DNA of 64,000 nt from Faecousia sp. (lineage in GTDB: Bacteria; Bacillota; Clostridia; Oscillospirales; Oscillospiraceae): positions 3,125 to 67,124 of the forward strand of contig JAZONA010000033.1 in assembly GCA_045654265.1 (NCBI GenBank), written 5' to 3'. Under the pieces are notes generated by a model. It was not told the origin of the DNA, ran no database searches, and saw only the letters and a program-made list of their open reading frames with translations. The translations under genes were made by a program, and so were the position numbers. Of the stretch, positions 37,822 to 48,528 are shown piece by piece (the first letter of the stretch is position 1; each line of letters starts with the position of its first letter).

Positions 37822-38865
37822 TTAGAACTGGTTCAGGAACCGGATGTCGTTATCGAAAATCAGGCGCAGGTCGTTGATGCGCATACGGCCCATGGCCATA
37901 CGCTCCAGACCCATGCCGAAGGCAAAGCCGGAGTACTTCTCGGGATCAATGCCGCAGTTGCGCAGCACCTCAGGATGCACCATGCCTGCGCCCAGCAGCT
38001 CGATCCAGCCCTCACCGTGGCAGGTGGAGCACACCTGACCGTCTACCTCGCCGGTGCCGTGGCACTTGTGGCACTGCATATCCATCTCGCAGGAAGGCTC
38101 GGTGAAGGGGAAATGGTGGGGACGGAAACGCATCTGGGCATCCTCGCCGTAGATGGCACGCATAATGGTGATCAGGGCACCCTTCAGATCGCCCATGGTG
38201 ATGTGCTCATCCACCACCAGACCCTCGATCTGGTGGAACATGGGGGAGTGGGTGGCATCGGCCTCGTCCTTACGGAACACACGGCCGGGAGCCAGCATGC
38301 ACAGAGGGGGCTTGTTGTTCTCCATGAAGCGGATCTGCATGGAGCTGGTCTGGGTACGCAGCAGGACAGAATCGTCCTCGGTGAAGTAGAAGGTGTCGCT
38401 GCGGTCACGGGAGGGGTGACCCTCTTCGATGTTCAATCGGGTGAAGTTGTAATCGGCGAATTCCACCTCAGGGCCGTCAACCACGGTGTAGCCCAGACCA
38501 ACAAAGATCTCCTTGACCTGCTGCAGAACCTGGTTCATGGGGTGCTGATGGCCCAGCTCCACGGCCTCGCCGGGAATGGTCACGTCGATGGCTTCGGCAG
38601 CCAGCTTCGCCTCCAAAGCGGCGGCGCTGAGAGCGGTCTTGCGCTCCTCCAGCTTGGCCTCGATCTCGGCACGGACAGCGTTAGCCAGCTGACCCATCAC
38701 GGGACGCTCCTCAGGGGACAGCTTGCCCATCATCTTCAGCACGGCAGTCAGTTCGCCCTTCTTGCCCAGCAGCTTGATGCGCAGCTCTTCCAGAGCGGCG
38801 GTGCTGTCAGCGGCGTCCAAAGCAGACATGGCATTCAGCTTGATTTGCTCTAACTGTGTTTTCAT
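37822..38865 (-). CDS. pheS: Phenylalanine-tRNA ligase alpha subunit
   Basis: LRTQTS, PGRVFR, FHQIEG, FPFTEPS, GFAFGMGLER; RBS AGGAGG before the ATG at 38865. Confidence 0.97.
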   Translation of the reverse strand: MKTQLEQIKLNAMSALDAADSTAALEELRIKLLGKKGELTAVLKMMGKLSPEERPVMGQLANAVRAEIEAKLEERKTALSAAALEAKLAAEAIDVTIPGEAVELGHQHPMNQVLQQVKEIFVGLGYTVVDGPEVEFADYNFTRLNIEEGHPSRDRSDTFYFTEDDSVLLRTQTSSMQIRFMENNKPPLCMLAPGRVFRKDEADATHSPMFHQIEGLVVDEHITMGDLKGALITIMRAIYGEDAQMRFRPHHFPFTEPSCEMDMQCHKCHGTGEVDGQVCSTCHGEGWIELLGAGMVHPEVLRNCGIDPEKYSGFAFGMGLERMAMGRMRINDLRLIFDNDIRFLNQF

Positions 38866-38894
38866 AATCTTTCCTCCTAAAAAGGTTACATAGA

Positions 38895-39160
38895 CAAAAT
38901 AAAAAAGCCCATCATCCCAACAAACTGGGACGAAAGGCATTCCTTCCGCGGTACCACCCACGATTCGCCATAAGGCGCAGCTTAGAAGTGCAAACACACT
39001 CGCAACCTTTAACGGAGTCACCCGTCCATTCCTACTTAATTTTCAGATGGCAGCTCCCGGGAGAAAGCCCAATATCACACCCCGAGTGGCTTTCACCATC
39101 CCACTCTCGCTAAGGAAGTGCTACCGATACCGGACAGCCCATTCAACGCTTTTGCATATC
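38895..39160 (-). ncRNA. T-box riboswitch (Phe) upstream of pheST
   Basis: T-box motif AATCGTGGGTGGTACCGCG; stem I motifs AGCGAG and GGTGAAA; candidate UUC specifier in GGCTTTCTCCC; terminator TCGTCCCA...TGGGATGA..TTTTTT; promoter TTGCAT-N17-TAATAT at 39195-39167. Confidence 0.9.
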
Positions 39161-39239
39161 TCCTGCATATTAACATATTCAATAAAAAAATGCAAGCCCT
39201 TTTTATAAAAATAGGGGGGCTTTTGCCCCCCTGTGGATA

Positions 39240-39788
39240 TTAATGCAGAGATTTATAGTCAGAATACTGAACGACACCGTGAATGTTTTTAAGAGCGCCG
39301 GGTACAAGCTCTTTGACCATCAGGCATTCCGGTGCGGGCAGACCCACAGATTCATGGGCGGTGATGCCATAAGGCTCGGAGGTAACAAAACCCCGGTTGC
39401 GGTAGTTCATGGGGTTGCCCTCCACGATGACCGCCTTATAGCCCATGGCTGCAGCCTTTTTGAGGCCATATTCGATCAGCTCCTTGGAAATGTGCTGCCG
39501 CTGCAAGCTGGTTTTCACAGCCACCGGGGTCAGGATCAGTAGTTCGTTTTCATATTTTCCCTCCAAATGGAAACGTGAGAACATACTATATCCGATGACT
39601 TCATCGTTTTCGTTCACCATGATTAGCTCCAGCTCCGGCAGATAAAAACGCATGGCGCGGATTTCTTCCACAAGGGAACGGGTGATTTTTGCGTCCTCTT
39701 CATTTTCATAATCGGTAAATACCGCTTCTACCAGCTCAAGAGAGGGTAGCAGATACTTTTCTTCCATTGATTTGATGATTCTTTCCAT
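39240..39788 (-). CDS. GNAT-family N-acetyltransferase
   Basis: LTPVAV...QRQHIS..LI..G acetyl-CoA motif, VEGNP..Y...GF; ATG overlaps the rsgA stop. Confidence 0.88.
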   Translation of the reverse strand: MERIIKSMEEKYLLPSLELVEAVFTDYENEEDAKITRSLVEEIRAMRFYLPELELIMVNENDEVIGYSMFSRFHLEGKYENELLILTPVAVKTSLQRQHISKELIEYGLKKAAAMGYKAVIVEGNPMNYRNRGFVTSEPYGITAHESVGLPAPECLMVKELVPGALKNIHGVVQYSDYKSLH

Positions 39789-40810
39789 TACCAGATCTCC
39801 TTTTTTCTCTGTTTTGTAAATTTCGCAACGCCCTTGCTCCATTCGTTTTTGCGGCGGAGCATTTCCGCCTTATCTACCGCTTCTTCTTTCAGTTTGCAGT
39901 AACTTTCCCAACGGGAAACATCCAGTTCTCCCGAGGAGATGGCTGCTTTGATGGCACAGCCGGGTTCTCGCTCATGTTTACAATCAGAGAAGCGGCATCT
40001 TCCAAGATGCTTTTCCACATCGGCAAAGGCATCTCCAAGACCTTCCGTCACATCCCACATACCCAGTTCCCGCATACCGGGGGTATCGATGATCATCACA
40101 CCGCTTTGCAGGCGGATCAACTGACGGTGGGTGGTGGTATGGCGGCCCTTGCTGTCATCCTCCCGGATGGCGCTGACGGTCATGATCTCTTCGCCTGCCA
40201 GGGCATTGACAAGGCTCGACTTGCCCACACCGGAAGAACCCAGAAATACCACCGTATTTCCCGGCATCATATAGGCATTCAGCCGGGGAAGACCGTAGCC
40301 TGTATGGGCGCTGACTACATGGGTATTCACCCCGGGCGCGACCCGTTCCACTTGGGTGAGATAGTCCCAGTAGTCCTCCACCAGATCCGCCTTGGTCAGC
40401 AGGATCACCGGTGTGGCACCGGACTGCCACGCAAGGGTTAGATACCGCTCCAGCCGTTTAGGGTTGAAGTCCATGTTCAGCGATTGCATGATAAATACAT
40501 AGTCAAAATTGGCTGCCACTGCCTGATCTCTGGGAATGGGACCAGGCTCCCGGCGGGAGAAGAAGGTCTTCCGGGGGAGCGTGGCGATGATCTGACTGTC
40601 GCCATTTTCAATGTAGTTCACCATTACAAAATCACCGGTGGTGGGGAAATCCTGGGTGTCTACAAAATATTCTTTCGTTTTCAGTCTGGCATGGGTGATG
40701 CCATGCTGGCAGACGATTTCGTACCGCTCCTTGTGCTGAGCAGTGATTCGTGCCGGAATACCCGGCAGATTTTCAAAATTGGGCACATTGCCCCAATCGT
40801 TTATGTTCAA
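39788..40810 (-). CDS. rsgA: Ribosome small subunit-dependent GTPase A paralog
   Basis: Circularly permuted GTPase TKAD-GSSGVGKS-GRHTTT-DTPG, Zn finger CRFSDCKHEREPGC, basic C-tail; TTG start after GGAGG. Confidence 0.9.
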   Translation of the reverse strand: MNINDWGNVPNFENLPGIPARITAQHKERYEIVCQHGITHARLKTKEYFVDTQDFPTTGDFVMVNYIENGDSQIIATLPRKTFFSRREPGPIPRDQAVAANFDYVFIMQSLNMDFNPKRLERYLTLAWQSGATPVILLTKADLVEDYWDYLTQVERVAPGVNTHVVSAHTGYGLPRLNAYMMPGNTVVFLGSSGVGKSSLVNALAGEEIMTVSAIREDDSKGRHTTTHRQLIRLQSGVMIIDTPGMRELGMWDVTEGLGDAFADVEKHLGRCRFSDCKHEREPGCAIKAAISSGELDVSRWESYCKLKEEAVDKAEMLRRKNEWSKGVAKFTKQRKKEIW

Positions 40811-40857
40811 CGTATTTTCCTCCAAATTCAGATTTTGTTTCAATATGCCAACTGAAA

Positions 40858-40996
40858 ATGGGCGCAAAAATACCGCAGCAAAGCAGCCCTCGTTATGGGT
40901 TGCATCCTGCGGTTACCACATATGCGAAAGTACTTAAAAAACGGCGCACGAAAGCCGGAGGTCTGAACCCCCATCTTTATCGGCACCCATATTCAG
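40858..40996 (-). promoter_or_regulatory. Structured leader / putative attenuator of rsgA-GNAT
   Basis: Two hairpins each followed by a T run; the distal one is ACCGCAG...CTGCGGT-ATTTTT. ATGGGTGC can pair alternatively with GCAACCCAT or GCGCCCAT. Confidence 0.6.
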
Positions 40997-41026
40997 TTAG
41001 CTGGTGACGACCTCACGAACAATCAT
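40997..41026 (-). CDS. Leader uORF MIVREVVTS (9 aa)
   Basis: Strong RBS AGAAAGGAG, ATG at 41026, TAA at 40999-40997; first ORF after a consensus promoter. Confidence 0.65.
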   Translation of the reverse strand: MIVREVVTS

Positions 41027-41057
41027 ATTTTTAAGCTCCTTTCTAAAATGTAAATTT

Positions 41058-41119
41058 AGTATAAGGTAAATTTTCTCTATTGTCAACACCTTGACGAAGA
41101 TTGCCTGAAATGGTATCAT
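41058..41119. promoter_or_regulatory. Back-to-back SigA promoters (rsgA leader and rarA)
   Basis: Minus strand TTGACA-N17-TATACT (41086-41058); plus strand TTGACG-N17-TATCAT (41091-41119). Confidence 0.8.
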
Positions 41120-41150
41120 ATATTCATGTTTTTAGAGTGGAGGTGCGGTG

Positions 41151-42410
41151 ATGTATCAGCCTTTGGCGGATCTTTTGCGTCCGCAGACGCTGGATGAGGT
41201 TTACGGTCAAGAGCATATTTTGGGAGAAGGTGCCGTTTTGCGGCGGCTCATCGATTCCGGGAATATTCCCAATATGGTGTTTTACGGCCCCAGCGGTACC
41301 GGCAAGACCACAGTTGCCAATATCATCGCCCAGCGGACCAACCGCACTCTCTACAAGCTTAACGCTACCACCGCCTCCACAGCTGACATCAAGCAGATCG
41401 TGGCGGAGCTGGATACATTTTTGGCACCAAACGGTGTTTTGCTGTATCTGGACGAGATCCAGTCCTTCAACAAAAAGCAGCAGCAATCTTTGCTGGAGCA
41501 CATTGAAAACGGTAAAATCACTCTCATCGCTTCTACCACGGAAAATCCGTATTTTTACGTTTTTAACGCTATTTTGAGCCGTTCTACGGTTTTTGAGTTT
41601 AAGCAAATCTCTGCGGAAGGCGCTCTCAAGGCAGTGCGCCGGGCAGTTGAATTCATGGAACAGCGGACGGCGCTGAAGGCAATTCCCGAAGAAGGCGCGC
41701 TGGAGTATATCGCATCCGCCTGCGGCGGTGATATTCGCAAGGCCATGAATGCGGTGGAGGTGCTGTTTTCTGCCGGTATGCCGGTGGGGGATACCATCCA
41801 CCTGACTATGGCGGATGTGAAGGTGGTCACCCAGAAGAGTGCCCTGCGGGCAGACCGGGATGGGGATAACCACTATGATTTGTTGTCTGCTTTGCAGAAG
41901 TCTATCCGTGGTTCCGATCCCGATGCGGCTTGTCACTATCTGGCTCGTCTGCTGGAGATCGGGCAGATGCCCTCTGCCTGCCGCCGGTTGATGGTCATAG
42001 CGGCAGAGGATGTGGGCCTGGCATTTCCCCAGATCATCCCTATTGTCAATGCGGCAGTGGATATGGCGTTGAAGCTTGGTATGCCGGAAGCACGGATTCC
42101 GCTGGGTGATGTGGCGGTGCTTATGGCTACTTCTCCCAAGTCTAATTCCGGTCATATTGCGTTGGATATGGCCTTGGCAGATGTGCGTAAGGGTCTGGGG
42201 GGAGATTTCCCTCGGCATTTGCAGAATATGCACGCCGACAGCTACACCATGGAACGGGAGCAGGGATATCTGTATCCCCACGATTTCCCCGGTCATTGGG
42301 TGCAGCAGCAATACCTGCCGGATGCCCTTGTGGGCAAGCACTACTATGAATACGGCCCCAATAAGCTGGAGCAGGCGGCAAAGCAGTATTGGGATGCCAT
42401 CAAAAAGTGA
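41151..42410 (+). CDS. rarA: Replication-associated recombination protein A
   Basis: PLA..LRP, GQEHI, GPSGTGKT, STTENP.F, SALQKSIRGSD, YLYPH. Confidence 0.95.
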   Translation: MYQPLADLLRPQTLDEVYGQEHILGEGAVLRRLIDSGNIPNMVFYGPSGTGKTTVANIIAQRTNRTLYKLNATTASTADIKQIVAELDTFLAPNGVLLYLDEIQSFNKKQQQSLLEHIENGKITLIASTTENPYFYVFNAILSRSTVFEFKQISAEGALKAVRRAVEFMEQRTALKAIPEEGALEYIASACGGDIRKAMNAVEVLFSAGMPVGDTIHLTMADVKVVTQKSALRADRDGDNHYDLLSALQKSIRGSDPDAACHYLARLLEIGQMPSACRRLMVIAAEDVGLAFPQIIPIVNAAVDMALKLGMPEARIPLGDVAVLMATSPKSNSGHIALDMALADVRKGLGGDFPRHLQNMHADSYTMEREQGYLYPHDFPGHWVQQQYLPDALVGKHYYEYGPNKLEQAAKQYWDAIKK

Positions 42411-42418
42411 GGTAACCC

Positions 42419-42613
42419 ATGGATATTCGATTGGGCGATATTTTGACTATGAAAAAGCCCCACCCATGTGGGGAGAAGAAGTGGCTGGTGCTGCGTACCG
42501 GAGCGGATTTGCGCCTGCGGTGCATCGGCTGCGGTCATGAGGTGATGGTTCCCCGGGTCAAAACCGAGAAGAATATCCGGGAGATCCGCCATCCGGAAAA
42601 CACATCTGCATAA
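42419..42613 (+). CDS. DUF951-family protein
   Basis: MKKPHPCG...W...R.GAD....C..CGH. Confidence 0.9.
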   Translation: MDIRLGDILTMKKPHPCGEKKWLVLRTGADLRLRCIGCGHEVMVPRVKTEKNIREIRHPENTSA

Positions 42614-42615
42614 AG

Positions 42616-42647
42616 CAATCGGCAACCGGCTTCGGTTGCCGATTTTT
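42616..42647 (+). terminator. Intrinsic terminator
   Basis: AATCGGCAACCG-loop-CGGTTGCCGATT plus T run. Confidence 0.85.
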
Positions 42648-42722
42648 GCGTTTCGGGAAGGTGCGGATTGCGACCGACTTTTTTGATTGGTGTTGATACA
42701 CTGTAGCCATGGAGGTGAGGCG

Positions 42723-43463
42723 GTGCCAATCTATGTGGATGTGTTGGTGTTGTTGAATTTTTTGGTGGATTTTCTGTTACTGGTGGGGACAAACCGCTTG
42801 GCAGGACATCCTCTGGGACTGAAACGGGCGCTGTTGGCGGCGGCATTGGGTGGGCTGTACGGCGGTGTATGCGTGTTGCCGGGGATGACGTTTCTGGGTG
42901 CGGTGTGGTGGCGTATTCTAAGCCTTGTGGGGATGGCTGGAATTGCCTTTGGCTTCCGGAAAAGCGCCATCCCCCGGGGCGTGTTGTTCGTCCTGCTCAG
43001 TATGGCACTGGGGGGTGTGGCGGTAGCACTGGGCAGGGGAGGCTTTCTGTCGCTGGTGCTGTCGGCGGTGTTGATTGCCGGGATGTGTGTTCTTGGTTTT
43101 CGTGGGAAAATCGGGAAGGAATATGTGGATGTGGAGCTGGATGGGGTTCGCATGACCGCTCTGCGGGATACGGGCAATTCTCTGACTGACCCCATTACCG
43201 GTCAGCAGGTGCTGGTGGTGTCTTCCCAGTTTGGGAAACGGCTTCTGGGGCTGACCCAGAGCAGTCTTGCCGACCCGGTATCCGCTATGGGTGTCGTAAA
43301 CGGGGCTCGGTTGATTCCTTACAGCGCAGTGGGGCGAACCGGGTCACTGATGCTGGCGAAAAAGTATGAAAATGTGCGCATCGGCACATGGACGGGTAGC
43401 TGTCTGGTGGCCTTTGCGCCCAATGAATTGGGGTATGAAGCGTTGACGGGAGGGTTTTTATGA
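42723..43463 (+). CDS. spoIIGA: Pro-SigE processing aspartic protease
   Basis: IYVDVL...NF..DF.LL, multiple TMs, DTGNSLTDP active site; directly upstream of sigE. Confidence 0.92.
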   Translation: MPIYVDVLVLLNFLVDFLLLVGTNRLAGHPLGLKRALLAAALGGLYGGVCVLPGMTFLGAVWWRILSLVGMAGIAFGFRKSAIPRGVLFVLLSMALGGVAVALGRGGFLSLVLSAVLIAGMCVLGFRGKIGKEYVDVELDGVRMTALRDTGNSLTDPITGQQVLVVSSQFGKRLLGLTQSSLADPVSAMGVVNGARLIPYSAVGRTGSLMLAKKYENVRIGTWTGSCLVAFAPNELGYEALTGGFL

Positions 43464-44170
43464 AGGACACACTGCGAAGAATTCTCGAAACCATCGGGCT
43501 GATCCCGAAGCAAACGGTATTTTACATCGGCGGAAGCGATGTTCTGCCACCGCCTTTGAAGGGACAAGAGGAGCAGGAAACGTTGGAACGTCTGGAATCC
43601 GGGGACGAGGATGCCAAGCAATTGCTGATCGAACATAATTTGCGGCTGGTGGTGTACATCTCACGGCGGTTTGAAAATACCGGGGTGAATTTGGAGGATC
43701 TGATCTCCATCGGCACCATCGGGCTGATCAAAGCCATTGGTACCTACCGCCGGGACAAAAATATCAAGCTGGCGACTTATGCCTCACGGTGCATTGAAAA
43801 TGAGATTTTGATGCACATTCGCAAGATCGCCAATCAAAAGACGGAGGTATCCCTGGATGAGCCGATTAACATGGATTACGACGGGAATGAACTACTTCTG
43901 TCGGATATTCTGGGAACCGATGAGGATATGATTCTGCGCCCGCTGGAGGATGATGTGGACTTATGTGTTCTGCGGCAGGCGCTGAGTCAATTGCCGGAGC
44001 GGGAACGGGAAATTGTACAGATGCGCTTTGGTTTAGAGGGATGTAAGGAACTGACCCAAAAGGAAGTGGCGGAAAAAATGGGCATTTCCCAGTCCTACAT
44101 CTCCCGGCTGGAGAAGCGGATCATGCTCCGCCTGCGAAAAGAAATGATCCGCCAGACAAGTTGCGCTTGA
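43460..44170 (+). CDS. sigE: Sporulation sigma factor E
   Basis: Pro-sequence then [50 protein letters not shown]. Confidence 0.96.
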   Translation: MKDTLRRILETIGLIPKQTVFYIGGSDVLPPPLKGQEEQETLERLESGDEDAKQLLIEHNLRLVVYISRRFENTGVNLEDLISIGTIGLIKAIGTYRRDKNIKLATYASRCIENEILMHIRKIANQKTEVSLDEPINMDYDGNELLLSDILGTDEDMILRPLEDDVDLCVLRQALSQLPEREREIVQMRFGLEGCKELTQKEVAEKMGISQSYISRLEKRIMLRLRKEMIRQTSCA

Positions 44171-44232
44171 CGAATGGCGTCATGCCGTGGTACAATCGAT
44201 ATGAAAATTTATCGATATGATTTCGTATCGAT
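44167..44232 (+). promoter_or_regulatory. Promoter of the rex-like gene with a 16-bp-periodic palindromic array
   Basis: TTGACG-N18-TACAAT; ATCGAT at 44195, 44211 and 44227. Confidence 0.6.
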
Positions 44233-44245
44233 AGGAGGCTGTGCC

Positions 44246-44878
44246 ATGGAACGTAAAGAGATTTCCAAATCCGTACTGAAGCGCCTGCCCGGTTACCTTG
44301 CATATCTTCGCAGTATTCCGCAGGATGCTTCTCCCTATATTTCCGCCACGGCGCTGGCCAATGCTCTGGGCATGGGCGAGGTGCAGGTGCGCAAAGATCT
44401 GGCCATGGTTTGTGACGGTGGCCGTCCGAAAATCGGCTACCCCCGGGAGCAGTTGGTGGATGACATCGAGCAGTTTTTGGGCTATGATAACACCACAGAT
44501 GCGGTACTCATTGGTGCTGGTAAGCTGGGTCAGGCGCTATTGGGCTATAGCGGTTTTGCCGATTACGGCTTGAATATTTTGGCGGCTTTTGATGTTGCTC
44601 CCGAAGGGGATGCAAACGGCAAGCCCATTTACCACATTGATGAGTTGGAAGGCTTCTGCCGTTGCCACAAGGTTCGTATGGGCATCATCACCGTGCCGGT
44701 GGAAAATGCCCAAAGCGTGTGCGACCAGCTGATTGCCTGCGGCATTAAGGCTATCTGGACCTTTGCACCGGTGCATTTGGAGGTGCCGCCTAATATTCTG
44801 GTTCAGCAGGAGAATATGGCTACATCCCTTGCGGTGCTGAGCATGCACTTGCAGGCACAAATGAAGGATAAGAAATGA
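44246..44878 (+). CDS. rex: Redox-sensing repressor Rex family
   Basis: KRLP.Y, QVRKDL, GRPKIGY, GAGKLG, GIITVP, GIKAIW.F.P. Confidence 0.9.
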   Translation: MERKEISKSVLKRLPGYLAYLRSIPQDASPYISATALANALGMGEVQVRKDLAMVCDGGRPKIGYPREQLVDDIEQFLGYDNTTDAVLIGAGKLGQALLGYSGFADYGLNILAAFDVAPEGDANGKPIYHIDELEGFCRCHKVRMGIITVPVENAQSVCDQLIACGIKAIWTFAPVHLEVPPNILVQQENMATSLAVLSMHLQAQMKDKK

Positions 44879-44916
44879 AATACGCCGTACCGGAAACCCG
44901 GTACGGCGATTTTTTT
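44878..44916. terminator. Bidirectional terminator
   Basis: CGCCGTACCGG-loop-CCGGTACGGCG flanked by A/T runs between convergent genes. Confidence 0.8.
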
Positions 44917-46741
44917 ACATAAGAGCCTTCAGCTCTGCGCTGAATTTGTCGAAATCCAGCTCTGCTTGTTTGCATCGGATCAGATTTGTTAGCTCCAGAA
45001 TTCGGGGCTGGTAGCAGATGCTCTTCAGGGGACAGCAATTGCACGATACCTCATCACAATGAAGTGTGTAGGGCTCCAGAGGATTCTTCCCGGAAGCAAG
45101 AATGCCGTACAGCTTCTCCACGGTTTCCTTCTTGTGCAGAAAGGTCAGTAGCTCCTTGGTTTCCTCAGCGGTGCGCACATGTACCTTCATATCCAGATAC
45201 CGCTTCAGGCAGATAAGAAAATCCATAGTTTCCTGATCTGTGCAGGCGATCATATTGTTGATACTGGGTATAGCCTGGGTATATTTGCCCATACCATAAT
45301 AGATGTAAGCCAGAGTGGCGGACATGTAAAAGCTATCCTGCTGAGATGTCAGCGGTGCAGAGAGGCGGGCACCGGATTGGAATCCCTTTACACCGCCAAT
45401 GGTAGCAGTGAATTTCTTCATCTGCTCAATGTGCATTAGTAGGGCAAATTGATCCGGCAGGGGAGCGGCAGAAGGATTTCGCAGAGCTCGCATGGCTTGG
45501 GCGGCATAACGGTATTCGTTGAGGCTATTGGACAGCCGGTGAACGAAGGTTTCGCTATAGCCGGGGATCACGATTTGGTAGGTATGGAAACCCAGACAAG
45601 AATTGTCACGGACAAGTATATCGAATCCCATGTCCTTGAAATATTGGACACACTGGCGCAGAATCTCCTTGTTGTTCTCGCCGGAAAAGCCTACATTCGG
45701 GTTGTAAGGATAGGAAGGCTCGCCGATGAAGAAACTCAGGGTCTTGGTATGGGAGCCCAGTACAAGCTCATTGGACACACTGGCGAAAGAAAATTCACCG
45801 GGTTTTTTGTGGAGGAAATCCTCAAAACGGGCAATACCCCGAATGTTATGTCCCTGGAAGCTTTCAGTGAGAGATCGCTCGAGTGCGATCTCAAACTTGG
45901 GATAGGCACCGAAGTGGGTGTGGTAACGACCGGTGGATTCGTCGATAATATACACACTGACCACAGGGAACGTTTGTCCAAGAGAACAATCTTTTACAAT
46001 AACTTTATAGCCCTGAGAACGGACATATTGAATGATACTATAAGCGGTGTCGTAGCGCATCAGAACTTCTTCAGGTATCTCAGGCAGAGAATATCCGCCG
46101 TCGATAATGCGCATCATATGATGCCGTTCTACGATCTCACTAAGGCCCTGCACCAATGTTTCTTCAGCGGTATTGCCGGCAGCGCAGCCGTTGGTGGTGT
46201 ATACTTTGCCACGAAGCTCGGCGGGGAAATACTCCTTTGTGTCGGTGGTGAGGCAGTAAAAGGGAATAGCCGGAATATTGCCCTGACTGTCAGCATGCTG
46301 TGCCAAAATCTGGCGGCCGGTCATGGAAACGCCGGTGTAGAGGGCCAGATTCTCGCCCATTTTATCGTACCAATCTTCATGCTTCAGTATTTCGTCCATA
46401 GGTACGGGGCTACGACCATCCAGTGCCTGAGTTTGGACACCATCTTTTTGCATACCGCCCTTGTAAATGGAACCGATTTGCAAACGCTCCATAAGTTCGC
46501 CGTATCCGCTGGCACGGGCAAATTCCTTGGTCAGGCCCTTTCCGTTGGTGCTGAATAGGGTGCCTTTGACCCGGACGCTCATAGCGTGGCAGTAGGGGAC
46601 GCTGGTTTCGTGCCAAGTTTCCTCGGTTTCAATGCCGTAGGAGGCCAGAAGTGCAATGATTCGCTCCACTGTGGCGGAGGGGCTGCTGTCCTTAAAACGG
46701 GCATCCACAGAATCCTGATTCAAATTGAGGTTTTTCTCCAT
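44915..46741 (-). CDS. Stand-alone YcaO-family protein with a Cys-rich C-terminus
   Basis: TNGKG...ARASGYGELMER, TNGCAAGN...GLSEIVER, ALERSLTE, IPGYSE; C-terminal helical region and HCDEVSCNCCPLKSIC. Confidence 0.88.
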   Translation of the reverse strand: MEKNLNLNQDSVDARFKDSSPSATVERIIALLASYGIETEETWHETSVPYCHAMSVRVKGTLFSTNGKGLTKEFARASGYGELMERLQIGSIYKGGMQKDGVQTQALDGRSPVPMDEILKHEDWYDKMGENLALYTGVSMTGRQILAQHADSQGNIPAIPFYCLTTDTKEYFPAELRGKVYTTNGCAAGNTAEETLVQGLSEIVERHHMMRIIDGGYSLPEIPEEVLMRYDTAYSIIQYVRSQGYKVIVKDCSLGQTFPVVSVYIIDESTGRYHTHFGAYPKFEIALERSLTESFQGHNIRGIARFEDFLHKKPGEFSFASVSNELVLGSHTKTLSFFIGEPSYPYNPNVGFSGENNKEILRQCVQYFKDMGFDILVRDNSCLGFHTYQIVIPGYSETFVHRLSNSLNEYRYAAQAMRALRNPSAAPLPDQFALLMHIEQMKKFTATIGGVKGFQSGARLSAPLTSQQDSFYMSATLAYIYYGMGKYTQAIPSINNMIACTDQETMDFLICLKRYLDMKVHVRTAEETKELLTFLHKKETVEKLYGILASGKNPLEPYTLHCDEVSCNCCPLKSICYQPRILELTNLIRCKQAELDFDKFSAELKALM

Positions 46742-46781
46742 AATATACCGACTTTCTGCGCAGTGGCGCAAATTTTAGAAC

Positions 46782-46810
46782 ATTATATAATAATTTCAGA
46801 TATGTGTCAA
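46782..46810 (-). promoter_or_regulatory. Consensus SigA promoter of the YcaO gene
   Basis: TTGACA-N17-TATAAT, exact match. Confidence 0.85.
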
Positions 46811-46848
46811 CAAAAATACGGCGGCTCGGATGGGCCGCCGCTAGTATT

Positions 46849-48528
<1,680 letters not shown>

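Noticed and set aside
36448-38853. 801-aa plus-strand ORF opposite pheT/pheS
   Set aside because: Shadow ORF caused by strong codon bias of the real genes; no recognisable motifs.
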